Of a stretch of 64,000 bases of DNA, positions 38,021 through 48,900 are shown in pieces; position 1 is the stretch's first letter, and each line of letters opens with the position of its first letter. Source of the stretch: a virus. Taxonomy: Duplodnaviria; Caudoviricetes. The stretch is taken from positions 160,001 to 224,000 of IMG/VR virus record IMGVR_UViG_3300010163_000002, one strand, 5' to 3'. Under the pieces are notes generated by a model, which did not search any database, was not told the DNA's origin, and saw only the letters and a program-made list of their open reading frames with translations. A program made the translations under genes and the position numbers.

Positions 38021-41000
38021 TTATTGATTTTTCATATCTTCATCATATATTTCATGAAGAGTTGGCCATTTAACTCCCATGATATCACATACTTTACGCC
38101 ATAGTTCAATCATAAGTTTATTTAATGCTCCTACCATTATAGGAGAACAAATCATACGACCGTCTATAGCAGAACAAGAGTTAACAGCATCTATTGGTTC
38201 ATTTGGTCTAAAGTCAGTATATGGCGCATCTTCATCATCATACTGACTCATTAATACATTCTTATTAGCATTAAGGTTAACAATCTTATCACCAACACTA
38301 AGCTTATCATGATATTCCATATAAATTTCAATCTTTACTCCATCTACATTTTTAAGTTTACCAATTGGAGGTAGCTTATCGGCTTCAGATAATTGTACAT
38401 CATCTGAATTAATGCATGAGTTAGCTACCTTTTTAAGTCTATTTACATCTCTTTCATATGAAGTAACAATCTTTCTAAGACTTTCACTCATATTTTCATC
38501 TACATCGCATGTGCGATATACTTTAATATCTGAAATTCTTCCCGTTACTTTAGATTTTATTACGTTACGGCCTATCTCTGTTATATCCCCATCTTCTGTA
38601 TTAAGATTCTTAAGAAGATTATTAGCATCCTTATCATCAAATGCGTTCTGGAATATCAGTATAGGCTCTCCTTCTACTACTTTCTGTCCTTTTTTAGCAA
38701 TGAATAGTACATTAGTTGATGCGTTTAATGTAACATCTTTCATTACTACAATATTAGATGCCATTGCTTCTGACAACCATTCAGAACAAATTCCTGAATC
38801 TTCATAGCCATCTTCAGTAGTCATAATAGCAACCTTGGTAAGACATCCTAAATTGTATGCGATTTGTCCAGATCCAACTCTGCCTGAGAAGGATTTTTTG
38901 TCATATGCTAAAATTTGCCCTGCTTTTACAGAGCTACCAACCTTAAGGTCGGTCTTTAATTGTAGAGTGATATAAAATCCTCCATCAGAATTCTTCATAC
39001 TCTGCTCATCAAGATTTACGTATTCTTTAGTGTTATCATTGTATGATATAATCATATACTTATCAGTGATTTCTGTAACTTTACCTGACTTTTTGGCCTT
39101 ATGGCAAAACATATCGGATGTTAAATACGGCATTGCTGCATCGGCTCCTGTAGTTACAAGAAGCGGAGTGCCATACTCGATAGGCGTTGAATGCTTTGAC
39201 GTTTGTACGAACGTCATGTCATTTCTGAATGGGTCGTCAGATGTTACACAGTATGGAGATAATGCTTCTGTCATGCAGAATGTATTGGTTACACTAACAT
39301 CTTTAAGATCTGATTTCTTAAATAATCCTCTACCGCCTTCAATATTTGGGTTAATAGTTGTTTGCCTGTTTACACCTACAGTGGATGCAAAACCAGTGGC
39401 CTGGGCAATGATATTTACCATACTATCATCGTACCCACGCTTATCAATCTTATATGCTCTTTCACTATTCATACCTGTTACACCTTTAGTGGAAATTGTA
39501 TTCTTAGCTTCAATTTCCCATAAAGGTTGGAATACAGATAAATCTGAAGTATTATTCTGGGCAAGAATTAAATCAATTACAGCAGACTGTTTCATACTCA
39601 TTGGGACATTTCTTCCATGCTTATTCTGCAAAGCATAACTCTTATAAGAATCAGAAAGTGCTCTATAAAACTGGGCTGCTATAACCTCATTAGTTCTATA
39701 CCGATTTGTACTTAAATCTTTATGAATAGTGTGCTTATTATCTACAAGAAGATTAGATGAATAAACCAATGCTTCATGATAATCTTCTGGTAAATCATAC
39801 ATTTTACAAACCTCTACAGTTACAGGATCAAACATAAGATCTTTGAAGTTATCAAGACCATCTGATTTAATCCTTCCTCCAAAGTTATCTAAAATATCAA
39901 CCCATGTCATCTTTGAGTTAATATCTTTAATCGAATAATTTTCCAATCCGCAATCTTTCAATCCATTCATTAGCATTAATGAATCATACGTAATTGCATA
40001 ATGGATATAACAATCATTCAATTTAATAGTATCATATCCTGGATCGGACTTTCTTTTTTCTGTAATATCATAATTGATTCCAGCAAGATCCATTGCTTTT
40101 GTAAGGCCAATGTCATGAGCAAGAATTACAATTACAGGGATATCAGTATTAAGAATTGATGCCCTAGAGTATGTAGATTTTTTGGATGGTTTCTGATCAT
40201 ATACAAGATTTATAAACTCTTGATCTTCAATCAGAGAAATAATAAACTGCCCCATTGTAATATTTCCGTTATTATAAGTATAATAACTTACATTACCACT
40301 ATTGGATACTGCAACTGGAATTCCCTTTTTTGGATCTACTCCATCTATTGCTCTAATTTCATCTTGATTGAAGTATATGGTTACATTATCTTTAAGATAT
40401 TCTGAATAGCATTCAATTTTAGAATATGAAGATGCCAAATCTACATAGTCTATCGGAAGCTCATATTTCTTACAAATTTTACTATTATCACCAGTAGTAA
40501 TTTTTACTTTCTTTCCAGTATATTTTGGAATTGCTTTCATAAGCATATCTGTATATGGATTAGTTTTACCCTTAGAGGTATAATAAGTTTCAATGAAAAT
40601 CTTATTGTAGAAGGAACAAATCTGGACTGTATCAGGATCTGTTTTCGATATAGGAATAAGAGGCATCTCAATGGAGAATACTTTTTCATTACCACGTAAT
40701 CTCATGAATCTATTTGATCTAAATTTAGGAATATCGAATCTAAGAGTAAATCTCTTACCATCGTATCCTTCACACTTTACTGTGTAAGTATATACGTAAT
40801 CCTCTGCGGTAGAAGTATCTTCTTTTTGAATATCAAGAATACTTACAGGGAATTCTTTATCTGTTGATGATAATGAATTAAGACACTTTACAATATCTGC
40901 ATCAAGATCGTATTCTTTTTCAAAGTTTACTGCTTTAAGATGTTTCCATTCGTCATTAATAGTTTTAATTGGCAATGATGTTTCTGGTAATTCTTTTGGC

Positions 41001-42400
41001 ATATTGGACGAATTTACCATATCTTTAATAGACTTATTCTGAAATTGTTTATTCATAAGGCTATCTTGAGCTTTAATAATTCTACTAGCCCTTGCAGGAG
41101 TTATTCTTCTTGCTTCATCAGCATCATCCTGAAGATCCATAATAATTCTCTTAAGATCTTGATCGTCATTAAGTTTATCAAGAACTTCGTCCTCATCCTT
41201 AGCATTTTCGGCAGCATCAGCAATTGTTTTTACTAATTTAGCCTTATCTGCTTCTTTATCTGTATCTGTAGCGGGTTTAGTCTCTGTTGGCTTAGAATCA
41301 TCTTTTTTAACATCATCAGCTTTTCCTGTAAGACTATATACCGTAATACCCTTATTTTTTTCAAGCTTATCTATAATACTGGTTGTTATTCCATCTTTTG
41401 AATTATCAGGAGTATCAGAATCATCAATAAGGTCTTGATTAACTAATTTAGTGATTAGTCTCATAAACACGCTATATGACTTTTCATTTATTTCTGATGT
41501 ATTCATTTTGAAGTATCCATTATAACCAAAGAATACAAAATCAATACCATTAAATACATCAAGATCTGTAATGGAGAATTTCATCTTTTTGTATAATACT
41601 GATATAGGATTAAGATTTTTCAAATAATCATATACATAGCTACCATCTTTCGTAGACCATCCGTATACAGGTACAAATACTGTTTTCTTTGTATAACCAG
41701 CATTATTAATTCTTCTATCATTAATAAATCTTCTAATGAATTCAAAATACATATCTATACTTCTCGTTATAGTAAATGTATTATTAGCAAGATAAGCCTG
41801 GTTGTAGAAATAGAGATCTATAAACAAATTAAGCCGGGCATATCTATCATAGTTAAGAAAAGTTTTCTTAATCCATGGATTATCTGCTTTAACCTGTCTA
41901 TATAATTTGATAACCTCTTTATTGTTTCTAATTCTATCGTTATAAAGAAGATTTTTATATTTTGTGTTATACATATTTACTTCATTATATACAGACTCGT
42001 CGTATAACTCGTTAAAGAAAATAAGCTTATCTCCAAGCTTACAATAGAATTCGTTAATAGAATCCCCATTTATATCTGGCTCATAACATTTCACATCTGT
42101 AGTTTCAACAAATACACTTGGCTGCTCATTAATGATCTGGCTATAATCATTATGAGCCACTTCAAGATATCTTGACTCATGCTGAATTGTGTACATAATA
42201 TCTTTTTCAATGTAATAAGATATGAATGCTTTATTAGAGTTATTAAAAAATGGATTATTCATAAGACGTTTTGAAATTTCATAGTTTGGAGTCAATAATA
42301 ATATTGCCGATCCATGTTTTCTATCTTCCATATTTACTGGCATATATAAGTTACGTTTCTTATACAGCTTCATATATTTTAAATCGTTAAGATATAACAT
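38021..42400 (-). CDS. phage multisubunit RNA polymerase beta-like subunit (split; virion-RNAP type, phiKZ gp178-like)
   Basis: Beta motifs TVGVNRQ, DDPFRNDMTFVQTSKH, GYEDSGI, LSVGDKI..NANK and DGRM. Protein ends soon after the region equivalent to PSRM, as in split phage beta subunits. Long unique N-terminus; late-type promoter motif at 42426-42437. Confidence 0.85.
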   Translation of the reverse strand: MLYLNDLKYMKLYKKRNLYMPVNMEDRKHGSAILLLTPNYEISKRLMNNPFFNNSNKAFISYYIEKDIMYTIQHESRYLEVAHNDYSQIINEQPSVFVETTDVKCYEPDINGDSINEFYCKLGDKLIFFNELYDESVYNEVNMYNTKYKNLLYNDRIRNNKEVIKLYRQVKADNPWIKKTFLNYDRYARLNLFIDLYFYNQAYLANNTFTITRSIDMYFEFIRRFINDRRINNAGYTKKTVFVPVYGWSTKDGSYVYDYLKNLNPISVLYKKMKFSITDLDVFNGIDFVFFGYNGYFKMNTSEINEKSYSVFMRLITKLVNQDLIDDSDTPDNSKDGITTSIIDKLEKNKGITVYSLTGKADDVKKDDSKPTETKPATDTDKEADKAKLVKTIADAAENAKDEDEVLDKLNDDQDLKRIIMDLQDDADEARRITPARASRIIKAQDSLMNKQFQNKSIKDMVNSSNMPKELPETSLPIKTINDEWKHLKAVNFEKEYDLDADIVKCLNSLSSTDKEFPVSILDIQKEDTSTAEDYVYTYTVKCEGYDGKRFTLRFDIPKFRSNRFMRLRGNEKVFSIEMPLIPISKTDPDTVQICSFYNKIFIETYYTSKGKTNPYTDMLMKAIPKYTGKKVKITTGDNSKICKKYELPIDYVDLASSYSKIECYSEYLKDNVTIYFNQDEIRAIDGVDPKKGIPVAVSNSGNVSYYTYNNGNITMGQFIISLIEDQEFINLVYDQKPSKKSTYSRASILNTDIPVIVILAHDIGLTKAMDLAGINYDITEKRKSDPGYDTIKLNDCYIHYAITYDSLMLMNGLKDCGLENYSIKDINSKMTWVDILDNFGGRIKSDGLDNFKDLMFDPVTVEVCKMYDLPEDYHEALVYSSNLLVDNKHTIHKDLSTNRYRTNEVIAAQFYRALSDSYKSYALQNKHGRNVPMSMKQSAVIDLILAQNNTSDLSVFQPLWEIEAKNTISTKGVTGMNSERAYKIDKRGYDDSMVNIIAQATGFASTVGVNRQTTINPNIEGGRGLFKKSDLKDVSVTNTFCMTEALSPYCVTSDDPFRNDMTFVQTSKHSTPIEYGTPLLVTTGADAAMPYLTSDMFCHKAKKSGKVTEITDKYMIISYNDNTKEYVNLDEQSMKNSDGGFYITLQLKTDLKVGSSVKAGQILAYDKKSFSGRVGSGQIAYNLGCLTKVAIMTTEDGYEDSGICSEWLSEAMASNIVVMKDVTLNASTNVLFIAKKGQKVVEGEPILIFQNAFDDKDANNLLKNLNTEDGDITEIGRNVIKSKVTGRISDIKVYRTCDVDENMSESLRKIVTSYERDVNRLKKVANSCINSDDVQLSEADKLPPIGKLKNVDGVKIEIYMEYHDKLSVGDKIVNLNANKNVLMSQYDDEDAPYTDFRPNEPIDAVNSCSAIDGRMICSPIMVGALNKLMIELWRKVCDIMGVKWPTLHEIYDEDMKNQ

Positions 42401-42522
42401 TTATTCCGACCTCCTCTTTTCATATTAATATATTGTTTTTCGGTAGCATAAATACGATATTATAATTTAAACCTCCATAATACAATAGAATAATGACTAT
42501 AATATACAAGAGAGGTAGTAAT

Positions 42523-42810
42523 ATGAATAATTATTGTTTTTCATGGTATAATCCAATTGCTCAAGCAGAACAGGTTGATTTCATCCATGCAAAAGATATG
42601 CACGAAGCAAAACAGATTGCTGTTATGGTAATGAGATTCTTCGGAGGCAAAAAATTCGAACAGGACGATATTGATAGTATCATTGAGGTGGATGAAAGGT
42701 ATTACTATACATTAGATAATATCATTAATAGATATAAGAGAGCTGGAAAAGAAGTCGAGATTCCTATTATAACAGACGATGAGGAGGATGATGAAGATGA
42801 AGACTCATAA
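42523..42810 (+). CDS. hypothetical protein with acidic tail
   Basis: Start at 42523 after AGAGGT; first gene of a cluster of small ORFs. Confidence 0.55.
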   Translation: MNNYCFSWYNPIAQAEQVDFIHAKDMHEAKQIAVMVMRFFGGKKFEQDDIDSIIEVDERYYYTLDNIINRYKRAGKEVEIPIITDDEEDDEDEDS

Positions 42811-42961
42811 TAATAAAAAAGACTTCATTCAGTTATTAAGCTCAATGTCTGATACTGAGATTAATGATTATATCAAAAAAAATGGCAAAGGCCCTAAACC
42901 TGTAGTGATGTGCAGAATAATTAGTAAGGAGGGAAGCTATGATTCAACAAAGGTTTCCTAA
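42797..42961 (+). CDS. small hypothetical protein
   Basis: RBS GAGGAGG; EINDYIKKNGKGPKPV motif. Confidence 0.5.
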   Translation: MKTHNNKKDFIQLLSSMSDTEINDYIKKNGKGPKPVVMCRIISKEGSYDSTKVS

Positions 42962-43160
42962 AAAAGTCAAGGGCGCTAGAAAGAAGAGAAGAATAGATGA
43001 ATTAGAAAGAATATCATCTATGTTTCCAACATGGCTAGACGATAAACCTCCTGAAATTCAGAATAAATTAATTTCCGCATGGCTAGCAAGCAAAATAGAT
43101 GATTATAATGAATTTCCATCATTTGTTATGAAATGGGAAACAGAAAACAATTATAGATGA
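42939..43160 (+). CDS. small hypothetical protein
   Basis: RBS AAGGAGGG; 73 aa. Confidence 0.55.
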   Translation: MIQQRFPKKVKGARKKRRIDELERISSMFPTWLDDKPPEIQNKLISAWLASKIDDYNEFPSFVMKWETENNYR

Positions 43161-43200
43161 TATATTATATTCATATAATAAATCTAAGGAGGATTCAAAT

Positions 43201-43338
43201 ATGAATAAGAAAAAATCATCATTATCAAAGAAACAGAATAAGAATGGATTCGCTCAGAATCCAAATAATCTTAAACCATGGAAGAATAATTCTATTATTC
43301 TTAAAGGCACAAAACAATATTCAAGAGTTAAACACTAA
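43201..43338 (+). CDS. small basic protein (not in ORF track)
   Basis: 45 aa MNKKKSSLSKKQNKNGFAQNPNNLKPWKNNSIILKGTKQYSRVKH; RBS AAGGAGG; TATATTAT at 43161-43168. Confidence 0.55.
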   Translation: MNKKKSSLSKKQNKNGFAQNPNNLKPWKNNSIILKGTKQYSRVKH

Positions 43339-43379
43339 TATTGCAGTTGATGCTGTAAATTTTAAGGAGATGATTATAG

Positions 43380-44288
43380 GTGAAATTTGAACTGGATAAA
43401 TCAATCAAAAGATTATGCTTTTTAGATGCAGAATACAATACATCTGAATATAAAGGACAATTTCCTAACGAATTAATTTCTATTGGTCTTGTTGTTTATG
43501 ATATAGATAAGAAGGCCGAAATTGATTCTTATTATTCAACCGTGCGTCCAAAACATAGATTATCTAAATATGTAATAGGACTTACAGGGTTAACAGATGA
43601 TGAATTAGCATGGGCTCCAGATTATTGGAAAATTATAAAAGAAATAATGGAATTTATGAATAAATATGAAGTCAATAAACCGGAGCAAATTATTACTTGG
43701 GGAGACGATGCTAAAAAGCTCAAAAAGGATTTATATACAAGAAAATACGCAAGCAGAACAATACCTAAAAAGATGTTGCATAGGTTGAAGAATTTCTTAT
43801 TGGAAATGACAGAAAATATAATAAGTGTTGATTCAACTATTTCATACCAGATATGCGATAACATAATATCATTGGATAATATGAGGTGGTTATGTAATTT
43901 AGATAAATTACTGCACCATAATGCATTAAAAGATGCAGAAGATTTAATGCATATTTTTATCAGCGTATTAAATGATGAAATACCGGCAGATCGTATTGAA
44001 ATACTAAAGCGGTATTATATTTATAGAATATTGTACAATAGCACAAGAAGATTCCGTGGGGATATAAGTAATCTTAGGGACGCGTTTAATAAGGAAAATA
44101 ATCATGATATTATATCAGACAAAATAATGAGTTTATTATGCTATTTAGACTATACCAAAATTCCAGAACTTATGGCTCTTCGTGATGATATGATAAGTTT
44201 ATTACATCCAGGCGCTCCTGACGTATTAACATTAGAAGAATTTGCAAATACTATAAGTAAAAAGGAGAAGATGAATGAAAAAGCTTGA
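43380..44288 (+). CDS. DEDDh 3'-5' exonuclease (DnaQ/KapD-like)
   Basis: ExoI FLDAEYN, ELISIG, LTGLT, ExoII TWGDD and ExoIII HNALKDA. Confidence 0.85.
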   Translation: MKFELDKSIKRLCFLDAEYNTSEYKGQFPNELISIGLVVYDIDKKAEIDSYYSTVRPKHRLSKYVIGLTGLTDDELAWAPDYWKIIKEIMEFMNKYEVNKPEQIITWGDDAKKLKKDLYTRKYASRTIPKKMLHRLKNFLLEMTENIISVDSTISYQICDNIISLDNMRWLCNLDKLLHHNALKDAEDLMHIFISVLNDEIPADRIEILKRYYIYRILYNSTRRFRGDISNLRDAFNKENNHDIISDKIMSLLCYLDYTKIPELMALRDDMISLLHPGAPDVLTLEEFANTISKKEKMNEKA

Positions 44289-44841
44289 TATAAACAATGA
44301 AGATTGTTTAGTAGAATATACTACAAGTAATCCTAAATTAGTAGTGGTTACAATAGATTTTGAAAAATCTAACGATAAAGAAAAACTTAAAAATCTGTTA
44401 GAGATGCTTAAATCATTCTGTGATAATGTGGTTATTATGCCTAAAGAAGTTAGACCTGAAATTGTGCATGATAAAGATGAAGCCATAGAAGCATTAGACG
44501 CAGCTATAGGCGAATTAAATAAAATGAAACTCAAGTTAAATCCAAAAGCTGTCATCACAGATTTTAATAAATATTCAGAACAATGGCAAGAATTTAGAGA
44601 TACCGGTTTATTGTGGTGGGTAAACATGATTTTACATACGTTCGGGTATGCTATATGCGCCATACCGGATGATGATGGTAAAGCAGTTTACGCTTTTCCG
44701 GAAAAAGTAGATTTCAGAGGATTTTCTGTAGATAGCAATTCCAAAGGATATGCTAAAGTAACTAAATATTTAGCCAATAATATGATTGATTTGCTTAAAG
44801 CTGTAGAAACAGAGGAGGATAATAATGATGGAACAGAATGA
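44275..44841 (+). CDS. conserved phage hypothetical protein
   Basis: C-terminal WQEFRDTGLLWWVNMILHTFGY…FRGFS…GY.KV block. Confidence 0.55.
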   Translation: MKKLDINNEDCLVEYTTSNPKLVVVTIDFEKSNDKEKLKNLLEMLKSFCDNVVIMPKEVRPEIVHDKDEAIEALDAAIGELNKMKLKLNPKAVITDFNKYSEQWQEFRDTGLLWWVNMILHTFGYAICAIPDDDGKAVYAFPEKVDFRGFSVDSNSKGYAKVTKYLANNMIDLLKAVETEEDNNDGTE

Positions 44842-45121
44842 AAACAAAAATGCAGTGAGCGTATCTATTTATAAAATAACAGGTTGTAAAGTAAAGAGTG
44901 ATTACATATTTGATGGTTATGTTTTAAGAGTTAATGATGAAGATATAACCAAATCAATTCGCCGTAAACTTGACATGGGCGCATTATTATGCGAAATAAC
45001 AAATGAAGGTTTCGAGTATAATATAGCATCGCTTTTCAGTGTACCAATTACAGAGCTTTCTATTGGTGAACTCTTGGTAATTTTCGGCAATGATCAACTT
45101 ATTAATTTAGCTCAGTTGTAA
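44825..45121 (+). CDS. hypothetical protein
   Basis: 98 aa, RBS GAGGAGG, overlaps the upstream gene. Confidence 0.5.
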   Translation: MMEQNENKNAVSVSIYKITGCKVKSDYIFDGYVLRVNDEDITKSIRRKLDMGALLCEITNEGFEYNIASLFSVPITELSIGELLVIFGNDQLINLAQL

Positions 45122-45196
45122 ATTATAGCTAGAGATACATACTGGTAAATACCAAATACCAGTATTTATTAAAATCATTTTAAGGAGGATGCACAA

Positions 45197-45736
45197 ATGG
45201 CAAACAGTGTAACAGAACTTGTACAGGAGATTAATGAAGCTAGAAAGAAGAAGACTTCTGCATCTAGCAAAGATGAAGTAAGAGTTATGAGAGCTATGGT
45301 TAATGATCCGGAATTCGTTATTGATGTATACGGCGGCGATGGGGTAATTGGTCAGTTCTCCCCATGTGAGACAGCTCACAATATGGCGGCAAATATTATT
45401 AAAGGAGCGGCAAAAGTATCATCTAAGGAAGCAGAAGAGCTTGCAGCGAATTATGAATTCACAAAACAGGATGCGGAAGCACTTGTTTCTATCTCTAAAG
45501 AATTCATTAATACGTATATCGAGACCGGTAGAAAGCTTCCGCTAGGCGGCAGAGAAACGTCAAACATTGCCATTGCCAAAAAGGTTAAAGAAGAAAGAAG
45601 TAATAGCTTTCCTAAGAAGGTTGGCGTTAACAGCGATGGATCTGATAAATACGAGTCTGTTAAAGATGGGGTTATTCCGTCTCATGGCAGTCTTAAGGTT
45701 TATTCATCTTGCCCGTCTTGGGTAAAGAACAATTAA
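45197..45736 (+). CDS. conserved jumbo-phage protein, possible HU-like DNA-binding protein
   Basis: KEFINTYIETGRKLPLGG…IAKKVKE arm-like segment; strong RBS; own promoter motif at 45136-45147. Confidence 0.4.
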   Translation: MANSVTELVQEINEARKKKTSASSKDEVRVMRAMVNDPEFVIDVYGGDGVIGQFSPCETAHNMAANIIKGAAKVSSKEAEELAANYEFTKQDAEALVSISKEFINTYIETGRKLPLGGRETSNIAIAKKVKEERSNSFPKKVGVNSDGSDKYESVKDGVIPSHGSLKVYSSCPSWVKNN

Positions 45737-45782
45737 GTAAAGATCTTGTTCATAAATTTCTCCTTTCATTAAAAAATGGGTG

Positions 45783-45808
45783 TGGGTGGTGATTAAGTTC
45801 ACCACCCA
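45783..45808 (+). terminator. intrinsic terminator-like hairpin
   Basis: TGGGTGGTGA-ttaagt-TCACCACCCA followed by a T-rich tract. Confidence 0.7.
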
Positions 45809-45904
45809 TGCTTATTTGTTTTTTTATCCATTTAACGTAGAATAGAACCTCACGTATATTTAAGCTCCTAAAACATAGTAGTAACTATAAAAATAGAAGG
45901 GAGG

Positions 45905-48900
45905 ATGAAGATAAAAATGAAACGTGTAAATAATTACATGAAAAATGTAATGAAATCTGTTACTTACGCTGCTGCCGATATTGCGTCGGATTATACACCT
46001 GGAATGCAAGAACTGAAATCGTCCAATCAGGAATTTATTAAGAGCACATACGCTGCATTAAAAAATCCTAAAGCGGCTATTAAAAGATCAGTTGAAGCTA
46101 TTCAGGAATCTAAAACATTTAAAGCTTTAGATTACGGTGCAAAGAACCTAGTTGAAGATCTTCGTACTGGTAATTTTTATAATAAAGAGCGTAAAGATCG
46201 TGATGAGTTAAGACTCTCGGGATTAGATTTCGACATGGACGACCTTTCACAATTCGGTATAGATGATGATTGGGAGTCAAAAGTAAATAATTCTTCGTCA
46301 TCTTCTGATTCTGGCATTACTGCAGGGGATATGAGAATAGTTAACTCTATCGAAGGATCAAATGCAGCATTAGCCAGTGCAACAGTAAACGCAGTAATTA
46401 GAACATCAAATAGTCAAATTAGAGCCGGTAGAGCTAATATGGGTATGATATACGTACAAAATGAAAAACTGTTTGGCGGACTTCATAATGATATTAGCAT
46501 TTTAAATAATACAATGAATGAAATGTATAAGATGCAAGCCGCATCTTTACAAAATATCGACAAAAACATGTCTAATTTTTTTACGTCTGAAGCTAAGCTT
46601 AGCGCCGAAAGAAATGCAATACTAAAAGAAATGCTTGAGATGCAAAGAAATCAGTATAAATCTGCAATTGATAAGGAAAGAGAATCAAAACTTAAAAAGA
46701 CTAATAAAGTACGTTGGAGCGATGTTAATGTCAACGGTATGGTTGATTTTGATGCTTACTTTAAAAATGTACAGAAAAATATATCAAACCAACTCTCTTC
46801 CATGATTGGAATGGAGGGGTTTGGAGAAGACGGCAATTTATTGGCCACATTTATGACATCCCCTCTTGAGGGCGCTGTAAAGGCCGTTGTTAACGGAGTT
46901 ATACCTGCAACTGTAAAAGCTGCAGCTAAAGAATTCGATGGTACCTTATCTGGTATATTTGGTACATTAATGGGTAAAATGGCAAACGCTAAATCAAATG
47001 ACGATGGAGGATTGCTAGGAATACTCTCTAAATTCCTGGGAATTAATACTGGTGTTAATAAATCTATTGATACTAGTAGGTATGAAAAAGGGCCTGTGCC
47101 ATTTGATGGAATTACTCGTAAGGCAATTATAGAAGTTATTCCTACATATTTAAGACGTATTGAAGCTGCTATATCTGGCAGACCAGAGCAGTTATTTGAT
47201 TATAAATCAGGCAAATGGACCAAGGGAGCAGATCTTAAAAAGCAATACGACGAAATTCATAAGAATGCTATTAAGTCTGGTACTTCTGAAGTAAGAGAAA
47301 TGCTCAATCCTTCAATGGCAGCAATGAAGAATGGAGCTAAAAGTAGATCTGAAGCAGAAGCAATGGAAAAGGCATGGGATGAATTTTATCAGTTCCTTAT
47401 GGACAATAACGGTATATTCAATCCTAAAGTATCAGCCTTTAAGAATGGAGTTTCTTCCAGCACTTATCCTAATTTCTATAAATACTATAATGCTATAAGA
47501 AAAGCTTATGCCGAACAAGATGTTGTTGAACAGCGTGACAACACAGGTAAAGTTATTCGTTCTCGTAATACTAAGAATAGAGTAAGAATGCAATTAGCAG
47601 GAAATGTTCTTAGTGCCAAAGAGAGAGAAGAACAGCAGTACAGGGATATAGAATTAGATCCTACAAGCCCATTTTATGCTCTGTTCAGCGGAATTAAGTT
47701 TGATGAGCATGGGAAATGGAAAGGTGATAATAAGAATTTTAAAGCATTCAATCGTTTATCAAACGAGAAAGATGAGCTTGGTAATAATATATTCAATTAT
47801 CTTCAAAATATTAATAAAGAACTTACATGGGTGAGATTAAATTTGCCTAACATGACATTCAGCGCAGGAAGAGGTAGAAGAAAAGCTACTGATTCTGTTA
47901 CAGGCACAAGAGTTTCTTTTGATAGCATTAATCTTATGAATGCTTCATTGAAAAATGCTAACGATGCTGAATATAGAAATAAAAATAATGATGATGAAAA
48001 AATTAGAAGAGCTGCTCTTGAAAAAATTAAATCAGGTAAAGCTGTTGATTTAAGTGTATTCTCTGAAGATGAACAGGAATACTTGTTAGCTCTTGCTGAG
48101 TTAATGAGGAATAGCTCTGCAGAAGAATACAAATCAGAACTTGAAGGATATAATGCTGGTGGCATATCCAGTTGGATGAATAAGAATGTATATAAAGCTA
48201 ATATAAGAACTAGAAAAGATTTAGAAGAAGCTATAAGGAAAGCAAATAAAGAAGGAAAAAATATTGACGATGAAAAGATGGATCAGAAAGAAGAAAAATT
48301 CTTCCAGAAGATTATGAAAAGAGTCAATGCAGGAGGAGATATAATCGGAGGTGTAGTTGGAGCTGCAGCCGATTCATTCACGAATGTTCTTTATGCTGCT
48401 GATAAAGCTGTCTATGAAATGTTTTATAAAACAGAAATCCAAGACGAAGAAGATAAAACCAAATATAAAGGTTTTATGGATATGATGGCTCATAAAATGT
48501 CCGATACATTCAAAGATATTAAAGAAAAATTCAAGAAAGATATATTAGATCCATTTAAGGAACGTTTTGGAATCACAGAAGAAAATAAAAAACGTTTTAA
48601 AGAAGGCGCTATTAATACTCTTGGTAGTATATGGGGGGTATTTAAAGATTCTAATAAATCTATATATGGCCCTTTATTGGATAAAATGCGGGAAGGAGAA
48701 TTCGATTACGAGGAATATGGACGCCAGCAGTCCGAAGCTGCAAGAGCATTAACCAAAGAAGAGCGTGACCGCAGAAAAAATGTACGAAGAGGACTACATG
48801 TTTCTGATATAGCTACTTCAAAAATAACGAATAAAGATTTTGCTAGGGCTATATCTAATGGCACAAAGGAATGGGGAGCTATCACAACGAACTCTGTTGA

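Noticed and set aside
38021-42400. Bacterial rpoB, or an intron/intein-interrupted RNAP gene
   Set aside because: Too divergent, truncated at the C-terminus, no rpoC or ribosomal-protein neighbours; the ORF is continuous with no evident intein or LAGLIDADG motifs.
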